A stretch of DNA of 48,031 nucleotides from a virus, in IMG/VR virus record IMGVR_UViG_3300009702_000002, positions 1-48,031 of that record; one strand, 5' to 3'. The notes under the pieces were generated by a model. The model ran no database searches. It had not been told where the DNA came from and saw nothing but the letters and a program-made list of their open reading frames with translations. The translations under genes and the position numbers were made by a program. Below, piece after piece: positions 16,611 through 26,870 of the stretch (positions are counted from its first letter, which is position 1; every line of letters starts with the position of its first letter).

Positions 16611-18081
16611 TTTAGAAATCAAAAACTTTTCTGGCGCAACCATTACAGATAGAGAATCAGGCATTATCAACGGCGTTATTGATTCGAGTAAAGGCAAGCC
16701 CACTGTCACCCAACGACCTTCAATTAATTTAGAAGAACAAGCTTCAACAGCACGAGGTCGAGCGGTTTATTATTGGGACGCGAATAATGTTTTGTATCTT
16801 TTAAATGACGATACGATTTATAAAAATACATACTCTGGAGCAATGGCAACCACCATTACATCAGGGACTAAAAAGTGTCGGTTCCTTCAATTGGGAACAC
16901 GATTAATTTTAGTTGATCCAGAAGATTCCAAAGCTTACACCATTACAACCGGTGATGTTGTCGCTCAAATTGGTGGTAGTTTTCCGGCGGCGATTGCTCA
17001 TGGGGGCGCTATTCTCGATGGTTACTTTTTTATCATGGATACTGACGGGGTTATTTGGAATTCTGATCTCAATGCGCCACAAACTTTTAGCGCTGGCGGC
17101 TCTATTAATGCAGAACGTGAAGAAGACGGTGGCATTTATCTTGGCAAGCATCATGACCACCTGGTTGCTTTCGGTGAGCGAACAATTGAATTCTTTTATG
17201 ACAACGCTAATCCAACAAATTCTCCCTTAAATCGTCGTCAAGATATTTCCTATACCACTGGTTGTGCAGAAGGGAATACCGTTTGGGAAGAAGGGGATAC
17301 TACTGTATTTTTAGGCACTCAACCCAGTACGGGCATGGGTGTTTTTGTTTTAGAAAATTTTCAGATTAGAAAAATATCCAGCAGTGGTTTAGATGCCTTA
17401 CTAACACAAGCAATTATTCGTGATGAATATGGTGCTTTTGCTTCAGGCTTCTCAGCAAACGGTCATAAATTTTACGTTCTTACCTTGCATACAACGCCTA
17501 GCGATATTACTCCTGAAGCGACTTATGTTTATGACATGGCGGTTAACGTTTGGTATGAATGGGAAACTAGTGTTGGAACTGTAACAAATTTTCCTGTTAT
17601 TGATTGGTCGCTTCGCGCAGGTCAAACAATTAGAACCGGTGTTGGCATGTTGTCTAATGGGGATTATCTAATCATTAACAATGGTTTTACACCACAAGAC
17701 AGTATCGGCGCTTCAGTGTATGTCACGCCAACAACGTATGTTGAAACAGGTTACATCACTGATATTTCTGGATCGGGAACTGAGTTCACAATGAAAATTC
17801 GCTTTGGTCAATTTGATGGCGATACCAATAAGAATAAAACCATGCACAAATTACGACCCCGTATGAATCAGACTGAGAATTCACAAACAGTCACAGTCAC
17901 CTGGTCGGACAATAATAATCAAACCTTTGTTACCGGCGGCACTTTTGATGCTGTATACCAATACGATGATTTACGTCGATGTGGATTATTCAATCGTCGA
18001 AATATTGAATTGCAATACACAGGAACAGAGCAATTATTTATTGAGTCATTAGAAGCTGATATCCAAGTCGGTACGGTTTAA
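16588..18081 (+). CDS. Putative tail tube/nozzle protein (tail tubular B-like)
   Basis: 497 aa. Beta-rich. Position equivalent to T7 gp12 / P22 gp10. Confidence 0.4.
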   Translation: MNLDAAVDLEIKNFSGATITDRESGIINGVIDSSKGKPTVTQRPSINLEEQASTARGRAVYYWDANNVLYLLNDDTIYKNTYSGAMATTITSGTKKCRFLQLGTRLILVDPEDSKAYTITTGDVVAQIGGSFPAAIAHGGAILDGYFFIMDTDGVIWNSDLNAPQTFSAGGSINAEREEDGGIYLGKHHDHLVAFGERTIEFFYDNANPTNSPLNRRQDISYTTGCAEGNTVWEEGDTTVFLGTQPSTGMGVFVLENFQIRKISSSGLDALLTQAIIRDEYGAFASGFSANGHKFYVLTLHTTPSDITPEATYVYDMAVNVWYEWETSVGTVTNFPVIDWSLRAGQTIRTGVGMLSNGDYLIINNGFTPQDSIGASVYVTPTTYVETGYITDISGSGTEFTMKIRFGQFDGDTNKNKTMHKLRPRMNQTENSQTVTVTWSDNNNQTFVTGGTFDAVYQYDDLRRCGLFNRRNIELQYTGTEQLFIESLEADIQVGTV

Positions 18082-18674
18082 TGGCCGGTCGAGAGTTTGG
18101 CCCCCCACCTTCGGTCATAACCGAGTTTAATCATGTCTGGCGAAATTGGTTAAATTTAGTTTTTCAGAAAATCTATAAACGTACTTTCACTGTTGAATTA
18201 CAAGCAATTAATTCCTATAGCCCAGCAACAAACCCCATGACTGACGGTGTTGTTGGTATTGGTCCGGTGGCATTAGCCGATGATACCACGGGTGAAAGTC
18301 GTAATTTTGCATTCGTGTTACCGCTTAATTGGGTGAGTGGTTCTGATTTAACAATCAATGCTCACTTTATCAATGTCAGTGCTCAAACGGGTGTTAAAAC
18401 CGTTGTTACAGACATTAATTATTTAGCTGTTGCAGCAGAAGAAGTCGCTAGTGGTGCAGGCACAAATATAACCGATACCGTGTCGTTATCAAGTGGCGTT
18501 GCAGCCAATACTTTTCATGTCTCTGGTGACTTAACAATTCCGGCCTCCGCGTTGACGTTGGGGGATACGGTATTTCTTGAATTACTTCGTGATCCAGTCA
18601 CCGATACGTGTGTGGGTGATGTGGGTTATCAAAATATTATTATCGAATATCAAGGATTTATAAATCATGAATAG
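18081..18674 (+). CDS. Hypothetical virion protein (197 aa)
   Basis: ORF track. TAATG coupling to the upstream gene. Confidence 0.6.
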   Translation: MAGREFGPPPSVITEFNHVWRNWLNLVFQKIYKRTFTVELQAINSYSPATNPMTDGVVGIGPVALADDTTGESRNFAFVLPLNWVSGSDLTINAHFINVSAQTGVKTVVTDINYLAVAAEEVASGAGTNITDTVSLSSGVAANTFHVSGDLTIPASALTLGDTVFLELLRDPVTDTCVGDVGYQNIIIEYQGFINHE

Positions 18675-18686
18675 AGGATCATTCTA

Positions 18687-19748
18687 ATGCCGTGGGGTGC
18701 AATAGCTGGAGCTTTGGCCGGTGGTATTTTAGCCGGACAAGCATCAAAGGATGCCGCTAAAACAGCGCAGGCAGGTCAACGAGAAGCCATAGCAGAGCAG
18801 CGACGACAATTTGATATCGCTCAAAAGCAACAAAAACCTTGGCGACAAGCGGGGGAGAGCGCATTAGGTCGTTATGAACAAATGCTGGGTCAGCGTGGTA
18901 CTGCCGAGAGTCAAATTAGGTCAAACATACCAGGGGCTTATCATGCGCCGACTAATATTCCTGGTGCATTTAGTAGTCGAGCTGGAGATTATGGAGGTCA
19001 AATTCAAAACAATGTTCAACCAGGCTTTCAATTTGGTCGTCAAGAATTTGAGCAATATAAAGATCCAGGTTATGACTTTCGTAAAGAAGAAGGGCTTCGT
19101 GCTTTAGAACGAGCAAATGCGGCTGGTGGTCAACGAACCGGCGGCTATAATACACGTTCGTTAATGGAATTAGGTCAAAATCTGGCATCACAAGAATACG
19201 GGGCCGCTCGTAGTCGCGCCCTGAAAGATTATGAAACTCGGGTAAACCGTGAACAACAACAATATGGTCGTAGTGTTGCGGGTTATGGTCGTGATATTGC
19301 TAGAGAATCAGAATTATATGGTCGCGGTCGTCAAACCAGAGTTGATGAAGCTGCGCGTGAGCAAGAGTTGTATCGTCGTGGTCTCGGCGACTATACCCGT
19401 GATGTAGCAAGAGAACAACAACAATACGGTCGCGATATTAATCGTTATGGCCGAACTTATCTCGATCCTATGGAGCGTGAAATGCGATTATCGGAAGCAG
19501 GCAGAAGTACCGCATCAGGAATGGCGGGACAAACAATGCAACAAGGCCGAGATGTTGGAGGCAGGCTTGGTCAAATTGGTAGTTATGGTGCAGCAGGTCA
19601 ATTAGGTGCGGCGGGAGCTTATGCGGGAGCACTTGGTTCAATTGGTCAAGCTTATGATAACTACCCTACTAATGAAGGTATGGTTTATGGTAATCCAATA
19701 GAAGGAGATGCTTATATGCCTGCTTACCCAGGACAAGGTGGTTACTAA
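18687..19748 (+). CDS. Gly/Gln/Arg-rich internal-virion-type protein with REQQQYGR repeats
   Basis: 353 aa. Repeated ..REQ(Q/E)(Q/L)YGR.. units and Gly/Ala-rich termini. Confidence 0.45.
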   Translation: MPWGAIAGALAGGILAGQASKDAAKTAQAGQREAIAEQRRQFDIAQKQQKPWRQAGESALGRYEQMLGQRGTAESQIRSNIPGAYHAPTNIPGAFSSRAGDYGGQIQNNVQPGFQFGRQEFEQYKDPGYDFRKEEGLRALERANAAGGQRTGGYNTRSLMELGQNLASQEYGAARSRALKDYETRVNREQQQYGRSVAGYGRDIARESELYGRGRQTRVDEAAREQELYRRGLGDYTRDVAREQQQYGRDINRYGRTYLDPMEREMRLSEAGRSTASGMAGQTMQQGRDVGGRLGQIGSYGAAGQLGAAGAYAGALGSIGQAYDNYPTNEGMVYGNPIEGDAYMPAYPGQGGY

Positions 19749-21019
19749 TGGCACTTGAAGATTTAATTGCACAAGCAGGGCCACAACTTTATGAAACAAT
19801 GCGAAAGGGGTGGTTGCCGACCATTGGTGAAAAACAAGCTCGACGCAGAGCTGATCTTCAGGCAGAACGTCAACAACAACTTATTGCTGCGGAATCACAG
19901 CGAAAGCGATTAGCTGATCTTCAATTAAAAACGGCTGAGAGTGAATATAATTATTTGCCAACAAAACGAAAACGGGCTGAACGCAAAGACGAATTGCAAA
20001 TTAAAACGACTGAGCAGGCTCAACAATTGTTTGATGAAAAAATGAAGAAGTATAAAAACGAAGAACAGCTTCAATCAGAGCAACGATCACTTGATACGAC
20101 ATCTAAATATATAAAAGGAGCTTTTAATCGTTTTGAGCAAACTAAAGATATTTATGAGGCTAAAAAAGTTATTCGTCAAAATTATGATGAAATTATTGAG
20201 GCTGGTGATGATGGAACGGATAAAGCGGTTGATCGATTTTTAAGTTCGACTATTTCTGAAGATGAAGCGATAAGCATGTTGAGTAATTTGAATGCTGTAC
20301 TTCCTTCAGTTCAGGACGCAATTGATAAGCGATCATTGCAACTAATTAAAACACGCGGTTCGACAAATAGTGCTATTGCTGAACGTTATGCCGCTAGAAT
20401 TGCAGCAGGAGAAACGCTGACGAAAGAAGAAATGAATCATTATCAAAAGCTAACTAATACAACGCCAACAAAATCGGCAGAATTAAGTTTGAACTATAAA
20501 GAAGGCCATAATAAAGAAAAAGCATTAATCAAATTGCGAGATACTTTCACTAAATCAATGAAGCGCATCACTGATCGTAATGCAACAATAAATGAAGCCT
20601 TGCAATCAATGGAAGCAGGTAATAATGCTCTGTCAGATAAATTATTGACTTCAAAATTATTAAACTTAAGTGATACCAATGTTCGCGCCATAGCTATCTA
20701 TAAAGAACTCGATTCGTCTTTTGGTAATTTATTTGAACGCGCAACCGATATTGTAGGTCGGATTGCCTTTGGTAAACGAACTGCTCGTCAGAATGAAATC
20801 ATTAAAGAAACATTATTAAAGATGAAGGCGTTAAGTGAACCAGTTATGGAAAAGATGAGGCAAAATAATCGGGCGATTGCTAAAGCGGACGGTCATGATC
20901 CTTTTAGGGTCGTTCCTCCTGTTAGCGCGGCTGATATTCGTGATTCAAAATTAATTGATCGTGAAGCTAAATTAAAACTGTTTGAACAATATCCGAGGTT
21001 TATGGATGAAATACAATAA
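19748..21019 (+). CDS. Coiled-coil internal-virion-type protein
   Basis: 423 aa. Charged, helical composition. Assigned by position. Confidence 0.45.
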   Translation: MALEDLIAQAGPQLYETMRKGWLPTIGEKQARRRADLQAERQQQLIAAESQRKRLADLQLKTAESEYNYLPTKRKRAERKDELQIKTTEQAQQLFDEKMKKYKNEEQLQSEQRSLDTTSKYIKGAFNRFEQTKDIYEAKKVIRQNYDEIIEAGDDGTDKAVDRFLSSTISEDEAISMLSNLNAVLPSVQDAIDKRSLQLIKTRGSTNSAIAERYAARIAAGETLTKEEMNHYQKLTNTTPTKSAELSLNYKEGHNKEKALIKLRDTFTKSMKRITDRNATINEALQSMEAGNNALSDKLLTSKLLNLSDTNVRAIAIYKELDSSFGNLFERATDIVGRIAFGKRTARQNEIIKETLLKMKALSEPVMEKMRQNNRAIAKADGHDPFRVVPPVSAADIRDSKLIDREAKLKLFEQYPRFMDEIQ

Positions 21020-23810
21020 AGCTCTTGCCGAAGCGTTTCTTGATTCAAAAGATAATTTTGATAGGGAACGTGCGTCTGCATTTCTGGAAGGTAAAACAGG
21101 TTTGGCCGTGCCAGAAGATAATCTGGACAATAAAACATTACCTTCAGAATTTCAAATACCAGGTGGCTATGATCCCGCCATGAATGAAGCCATGTTACAA
21201 GAACATGGCCAATTACCAGAACCTAAACCAGCGCCACCACCACAGGATGATCGAACTTTTTTTCAGAAAGCGTCAGATTATCCAGCCGCTATTAATCAGG
21301 AAATACTTAAGTTAATTGGATTACCAGCCGATCTATGGGAATGGGCTGGAAGACTCATAGGTGCTGAAAGTATTATGGGCAATACTGGATTAAACAGTCG
21401 CAATCTGACTCATTACGGAGCGAACTTAGGTGTTAATTATGAAATAGGCAAGGAGCCTGATACCGCTGGAACTAAAATGGGTGAATACACTGCATTAGGT
21501 CTGGAATTTCTTGCGCCTTTTCTTCGCATGGGTCGTGCTGGAGCTTCAACAACGGCTGCAAAAGCAGAGACAGAAATTGAAATTCCATTTATTAATAGAA
21601 TATTCAAGGGTGGCGAAGTTAATGCTAGAAGTGCGGGGGCTATTGGCAGCCAACAAGCCAATAAAATTACTGGAGTTGTTGAGGGTGTTTCACAACGTAT
21701 TGCTGCACCATTTCAACAAGCGCCTAAATTAGCTTTGGCTGGAGAACTTGCCGGTAGTGGTGCGGCAGGTATTGGAGCCTATTATGGTGGTAAGGAATTT
21801 GGCGATACTGGTGAAATGATAGGCGGTTTGATAGGTGGTCCACTAGGGCAATTATCATTAATGGCTACACCGAGATTATCTGCTTTAGCCAAAAGACAAT
21901 TATTTCCATATAGTCCGGAAGGCGGAAAGATGAAGGCGGGACAACGGATTCGTTCATTAGCTGAAACTGAAGAAGTTGCTAAAAATATTGATAAAGCTGC
22001 TACTGAGACTTTACCTAACTCAAACATCCCCCCTGCTAAATTATCCGGAGACCGTCAATTAATTAATTTACAAAATCGTGTATTAGAAGATGATCCTGCA
22101 CTAGCTCACGAGTTTCTATTAGAAGAAACGCGTATTAATACTATGGCTAGAGATGAATTAAAAAGCTTAGGGAATCAAGTTCCTATAGAAAAAACACAAG
22201 CATATTTAGCTGGTCGAGTTGAACGTATTTCAGGATTAATTGATCGAAGAGTTGATCTTGCATTAAAAAATGCGAGTAATGCCACAGAGAACTTAAATCC
22301 AGTTAGTCGGCGTAAAATAATTAATGTTGAAGTGAATCGTGAAATACAAAAAGCCATGTCTGATGCGAGAGCAGTTGAAAAAGAGGCATGGAGTAAAGTT
22401 CCTTTTGATACAAAAACAAAAATTACCGACACAACTTTTGCTTATAAGGATTTATTAGATGAGCGTACGGTGGCTTCTGATACATCTGAAATCCCAAAAT
22501 ACGTTGAAACTTTATTAGGAAAAATGGAGAAAGGTAAGTTTGTTCAAGGAAAATTGGATAGCGTTCAAGAAGTCAAAGTCATGCAGGACTTTCGATCACG
22601 GTTATTAAATTCTATTAGAGAAGAAAAAGCTAAAGATGCTGTTAACTGGAATAAGGTTCGTATTTTAGATGATCTTCAGGAAGCGGTGTTAAATGATATG
22701 GCGAAACCAGAAGCAACCGGTATTGAAGAAGCGATTGCTGTTTCACGAAAATTAAATGAAAAATTCAAGGGTGGCGTAATGAGCGTCATTTTTGGTAATG
22801 AACGGACTGGCGGTCGTATTGCACCCGAAGTTGCGCTTGAATCAATTAATTCTGGTCCTAAAGCGGCTGTTGAGATTCAGCGCGTTATTGATGCTTCACC
22901 GGAATCTTATGGTAAAATGGAAGATTTAATCAAGTTAAAAATTGCAAGTGAATCGGCTGGAATTGTTAAAAATGGTCGGATTAATGTTGATAAAGCAAAA
23001 AAATACTTAGATCGAAATGAAGATGTGTTTGACATTTTTCCTGATCTTAAAAGTCAAATGGAAAAAGCCATTGGGCTTGAAGAACGCGCTATTGGGATCT
23101 CAAAACGAGCTAAACTAAAACAAGGACAATTAGCTAAATCAAGCGCTGCTAGAATAGCATCGGTAAAACCAGGCATTGTTTTTAAAACTATTCTTGAATC
23201 ACCTTATCCTGAGCGTGAAATGAAAAAGCTCTGGAGTCAATCAAATCCTACAGGAAAACGCGGGTTAGTGAATGATGCGGTGAATCATTTATTAAAGAAA
23301 TCCAGAATAAGTAAATTTGATGAATCTGAAGTAAGCACTCCTTTATTATCCGGTAAAAAATTAAGTAACGAATGGGATCAAAATAAAGGAATTTATAATC
23401 AGATTTTTACCAAAGCTGAACGTCATCGTATCAAACTCATTGAAAACACATTAAAGAAAAATGATAAATTAACCGATATGCCTGGTCCTCTAGAAAATGT
23501 AGTTGATCCAGGGAATAAAGTTTTACGATGGGTTGCAGGACTACACGCTACAAGAATTGGTGCTCAATTGGGTGGCTCATCTGGGGCATCATTAAAAACG
23601 GCATCAATGGCAAGTAAAGTGTCTAACCAATTAATTGATGCGCTAGATACTGCAAAAGCAACTGATTTTATTAAAGCTGCAATTCAAGATCCAGAATTAT
23701 TCAAAGTATTAATGGCTGATACAACAAAACTGCCTGAAATCAGTCGCGCTTGGAAAATATTTCAAGGTTGGATGGTTGGTACTGCCGTCGATTCGCTAGA
23801 AGAAAAATAA
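21006..23810 (+). CDS. Large internal-virion/ejection-type protein
   Basis: 934 aa from the ATG at 21006 (the ORF track allows 20982). Largest virion-module gene, just before the tail fibre. Confidence 0.45.
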   Translation: MKYNKALAEAFLDSKDNFDRERASAFLEGKTGLAVPEDNLDNKTLPSEFQIPGGYDPAMNEAMLQEHGQLPEPKPAPPPQDDRTFFQKASDYPAAINQEILKLIGLPADLWEWAGRLIGAESIMGNTGLNSRNLTHYGANLGVNYEIGKEPDTAGTKMGEYTALGLEFLAPFLRMGRAGASTTAAKAETEIEIPFINRIFKGGEVNARSAGAIGSQQANKITGVVEGVSQRIAAPFQQAPKLALAGELAGSGAAGIGAYYGGKEFGDTGEMIGGLIGGPLGQLSLMATPRLSALAKRQLFPYSPEGGKMKAGQRIRSLAETEEVAKNIDKAATETLPNSNIPPAKLSGDRQLINLQNRVLEDDPALAHEFLLEETRINTMARDELKSLGNQVPIEKTQAYLAGRVERISGLIDRRVDLALKNASNATENLNPVSRRKIINVEVNREIQKAMSDARAVEKEAWSKVPFDTKTKITDTTFAYKDLLDERTVASDTSEIPKYVETLLGKMEKGKFVQGKLDSVQEVKVMQDFRSRLLNSIREEKAKDAVNWNKVRILDDLQEAVLNDMAKPEATGIEEAIAVSRKLNEKFKGGVMSVIFGNERTGGRIAPEVALESINSGPKAAVEIQRVIDASPESYGKMEDLIKLKIASESAGIVKNGRINVDKAKKYLDRNEDVFDIFPDLKSQMEKAIGLEERAIGISKRAKLKQGQLAKSSAARIASVKPGIVFKTILESPYPEREMKKLWSQSNPTGKRGLVNDAVNHLLKKSRISKFDESEVSTPLLSGKKLSNEWDQNKGIYNQIFTKAERHRIKLIENTLKKNDKLTDMPGPLENVVDPGNKVLRWVAGLHATRIGAQLGGSSGASLKTASMASKVSNQLIDALDTAKATDFIKAAIQDPELFKVLMADTTKLPEISRAWKIFQGWMVGTAVDSLEEK

Positions 23811-23819
23811 GGAACTCCA

Positions 23820-24977
23820 ATGGCAACAGATATAATTTTACGCAGTGTAAAAGCTGCGGCGCTCACTCACGCCGAAATGGATCAAAACTGGGAATCACTT
23901 GCGGGGACTGTTGATATTCATACTGCCAGTGCAACAATCGCGGTTACTGATCAAAATAAAATAATCGAAGCTGACATTGCGTCAGGCACGATGACTTTAC
24001 CAACAGTCGCTAACGCTGCGGGAACGGATACCGACAGCTTTAGAGTGACTGTAAAAAATATTAACGCAACGAGTTTATCGGTTGCAGGCAATGGCGCAGA
24101 ACTCATTGAAGGCTCGGCTAGTGTTGCATTACTTCAATATGAAGTTGCTGAGTTTACTTTGGATGGTGCTGGCACTGGTTGGACGATAGCTTCTTTTTAT
24201 GGTCCTAATATAGTTGGTTTAACAGCAACACCCACTGAATTAAATTATGTCGATGGTGTGACTAGTTCAATTCAGACTCAATTAGATGCAAAACAACCTT
24301 TGGATGCTGATTTAACTGCAATCGCAGCACTCGCCAATACTGATAGCAATTTTATAGTTGGTAATGGTAGTGCATGGGTAGCTGAAAGCGGAGCCACAGC
24401 AAGAACCAGCTTAGGAGTTGACGCTGCTGGAACGGACAATTCAACCGATGTAACAATTGCCGCTGGTCTTAATTATATAACTATAGCGGGTCAGGTAATA
24501 ACATTAGGTAGTGTTGATTTAACGACTGATGTAACCGGAGCATTACCCGCTGCAAATATCGGAACAAACGCAATAGAAACAGCAAAGCTAAATGCATTAG
24601 CGGTAACAGAAGCGAAGATTGCAGCATTAGCGGTAACAGAAGCGAAGATCGGGGCGTTAGCCGTAACAGTTGGAAAGATTGGAGCGGCAGCAGTAACAAG
24701 AAGCAAAATAAGCACAGCAACAGTTAGCTTGTCTGGCACGATTGCTTCTCAAACTTATTTATCTATAGTTTTTGCAAATGCATACGCTTTCTTTCCAATG
24801 ATACACATGGCAGGAGTCGTTACTGCTAGTGTTGCTACTAAATATAGACTTAAAGTGGCACAACTCTGTCCAAATCAAACTGATAGCGCGAGCGCAGATT
24901 CACCAAGTTTTTCTCTATTTAATGGCGATACCGTCTCAGACACTTATGATGTGGATTATCGATATATACAGGCTTAA
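23820..24977 (+). CDS. Tail fibre protein
   Basis: 385 aa. N-terminal LTHAEMDQNWESL motif, Ala/Thr-rich, five 10-aa repeats (LAVTEAKIxA). Confidence 0.7.
   Translation: MATDIILRSVKAAALTHAEMDQNWESLAGTVDIHTASATIAVTDQNKIIEADIASGTMTLPTVANAAGTDTDSFRVTVKNINATSLSVAGNGAELIEGSASVALLQYEVAEFTLDGAGTGWTIASFYGPNIVGLTATPTELNYVDGVTSSIQTQLDAKQPLDADLTAIAALANTDSNFIVGNGSAWVAESGATARTSLGVDAAGTDNSTDVTIAAGLNYITIAGQVITLGSVDLTTDVTGALPAANIGTNAIETAKLNALAVTEAKIAALAVTEAKIGALAVTVGKIGAAAVTRSKISTATVSLSGTIASQTYLSIVFANAYAFFPMIHMAGVVTASVATKYRLKVAQLCPNQTDSASADSPSFSLFNGDTVSDTYDVDYRYIQA
24567..24716 (+). repeat. Five tandem 30-bp (10-codon) repeats inside the tail fibre gene
   Basis: Units start at 24567, 24597, 24627, 24657 and 24687. 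Units 2 and 3 are nearly identical at DNA level. Confidence 0.85.
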
Positions 24978-24981
24978 AATT

Positions 24982-25332
24982 ATGAAAATGTATTGTGCAA
25001 TGTTAATAAATGAAATTACAGGTGAAATCGAGCAATGTATAACAAGTGATGCTCCTATCACTAGTGTGATGATACCAATGCCTCAAGTTCCTTCTCCAGA
25101 ATTAAAGACCATACCACCCACACCACCTACAACATATCGTAAATGTTTTTGTGAGTTTGAAAGTGACACATTCGCAAGAGGTAATGAAGCTATAAGTAGT
25201 ATTGAAATGACAAGCAAAAGTAAATCAGCTAAAGCAAGAATCAAGACAGGTAAAAAAATTAAGAATTTAAAAGAAACTACCGAGACTGACATGGCTTTAG
25301 ATTACGCAGCTTTACAAGCTAGTAAATTATAA
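24982..25332 (+). CDS. Hypothetical protein (116 aa; trimmed)
   Basis: ORF 24829..25332 trimmed to the ATG just after the tail-fibre stop. Confidence 0.5.
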   Translation: MKMYCAMLINEITGEIEQCITSDAPITSVMIPMPQVPSPELKTIPPTPPTTYRKCFCEFESDTFARGNEAISSIEMTSKSKSAKARIKTGKKIKNLKETTETDMALDYAALQASKL

Positions 25333-25709
25333 TGGATGCAGTCTGTAAAAGTGTTGTTGTTAGCAATCAATGGTTTGGACTAATCACATTTGAAAAAGCA
25401 GGTGATGAAGTTTACGAACACAGTCATATTTTCGATCATTCTACAATTCTAGCTCATGGAGAATTTAGAGTTATAAAGTACAATAAAGATAATTCAATTG
25501 CGTTGGATGAGGTCGTGCAAGCTCCTTGCATTATTCATATCGAGAAAGGGCTTCCACACACTATTATTGCAAAAACTGATAATGCGGTCGCTTGTTGTTG
25601 TCATGCTATTTATGAAAGCGAGCAAAGTTTATTTCCGATCGAATCTGATAAAGTGCCAATAGTTGGTGGTTCGATAAAATTGTCATTAGTTGAAATGCCT
25701 CAATTATAA
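25332..25709 (+). CDS. Cupin-like protein
   Basis: GDEVYEHSHIFDHSTILAHG fits cupin motif 1, G(x)5HxH(x)3(E/H)(x)6G. KGLPH fits a motif-2-like element. Confidence 0.45.
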   Translation: MDAVCKSVVVSNQWFGLITFEKAGDEVYEHSHIFDHSTILAHGEFRVIKYNKDNSIALDEVVQAPCIIHIEKGLPHTIIAKTDNAVACCCHAIYESEQSLFPIESDKVPIVGGSIKLSLVEMPQL

Positions 25710-25724
25710 ATCAGGAGAAGCTTA

Positions 25725-26009
25725 ATGGCTCGCACTAAAAAACAATTAACCGACATATCCGCTGCTCGAATACGTGAACGAAATCATCAAGCTATGACTT
25801 GGGCTGAATTCCAGGCGATTATTAACGCCACTTTAATCCCTGAGCAAGAAGTCATCTTGAGAGCAATAAAAAATGGTCAAGTTAAAAAACTGGGGCGTTT
25901 GTTATTTAGTGAAATTGATAAGAAGCTCATTGCCGATTCTAATGCCGAAGCTATTGCTATTCTAGCTGACAATAATGCTGATTTAATTGAATTGGATAAA
26001 ATTTTATGA
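25725..26009 (+). CDS. Hypothetical protein (94 aa)
   Basis: ORF track. AGGAGA SD. Confidence 0.6.
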   Translation: MARTKKQLTDISAARIRERNHQAMTWAEFQAIINATLIPEQEVILRAIKNGQVKKLGRLLFSEIDKKLIADSNAEAIAILADNNADLIELDKIL

Positions 26010-26353
26010 AACTAGGTGAGAAACAAGAAATCTTTGCGGAGCTACTTTTTACTAAGTTGATTCCTTACATTTATTCCAAGGGTTATAAGATACGTCCTGG
26101 TGATTACTTTCGTGATCCAAGAGTGCATGGTGAGTATGGCGAAAAGGTGGGTTATAGTGGCCGTTATTCACTTCATAAATTGAAACTAGCTTGTGATCTT
26201 AATTTAATTCTCAACGATATTTACTTAACCAGAACTCAAGATCATCAAGAATTTGGTGACTACTGGTTATCGTTAGATCCTTCTTGTCGTTGGGGCGGTA
26301 GCAGTGGACATGATGGAAACCATTATTCATTTGAACATGACGGGAGATGGTAA
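26006..26353 (+). CDS. Endolysin, M15-family peptidoglycan peptidase
   Basis: 115 aa. SLHKLKLACDLNL and WGG...DGNHYSF match the H/D...D..H zinc-peptidase pattern of small phage M15 endolysins. Confidence 0.8.
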   Translation: MKLGEKQEIFAELLFTKLIPYIYSKGYKIRPGDYFRDPRVHGEYGEKVGYSGRYSLHKLKLACDLNLILNDIYLTRTQDHQEFGDYWLSLDPSCRWGGSSGHDGNHYSFEHDGRW

Positions 26354-26673
26354 TGACTCACGCCGAAGATAGACGCAAAGTGAATAAGTGGCGACAAAAA
26401 ATATTTATTGGTGTGTCGATGTCCGTTTTATCTAGTTCTATTTATGGTGTTTATGCAGCCGGTAAAGCGATTGAAAAAATAGAATCCACTGAACAGGATA
26501 TTATAGCCTTGGAAGACTTTAGAAACAGTTCTATTGCTAATACCGCTCACATTGAACAAATTTCAAAAACTCAAGAAAAGACAGTTAAAATTTTAGAAGA
26601 GGTCGACAAGCGACTTCGTTTAATTGAGCTACGAATTGAAACCAAGCATAGAAACAGGAGTTTAGATCAATGA
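26347..26673 (+). CDS. Lysis-cassette membrane protein (one TM plus coiled coil; holin/antiholin candidate)
   Basis: 108 aa. TM segment IFIGVSMSVLSSSIYGVYAAG. Confidence 0.4.
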   Translation: MVMTHAEDRRKVNKWRQKIFIGVSMSVLSSSIYGVYAAGKAIEKIESTEQDIIALEDFRNSSIANTAHIEQISKTQEKTVKILEEVDKRLRLIELRIETKHRNRSLDQ

Positions 26674-26870
26674 AATTTAAACAAGATATAAAAACATTCT
26701 TAAAAAGCAAAACCAATTGGACCGGCTTAGGGTTAATTATTGGTGGTGCTTTAGCATTTCATTATAAAAACATGTCTGAGTTTGAAGCAGGTCAAATGAT
26801 AGTTGCAGGTTTCTCACTCATCTTTTTACGTGATGGTATTGAGGGTTCTAAAAATGCTAAGTCAACTTAA
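26670..26870 (+). CDS. Holin candidate (two TM segments)
   Basis: 66 aa. WTGLGLIIGGALAFHY and AGQMIVAGFSLIFL. Confidence 0.5.
   Translation: MKFKQDIKTFLKSKTNWTGLGLIIGGALAFHYKNMSEFEAGQMIVAGFSLIFLRDGIEGSKNAKST

Noticed and set aside
23820-24977. A diversity-generating retroelement (DGR) acting on the tail fibre, as in Bordetella phage BPP-1.
   Set aside because: No reverse-transcriptase-like ORF and no template/variable repeat pair were seen anywhere in the window.
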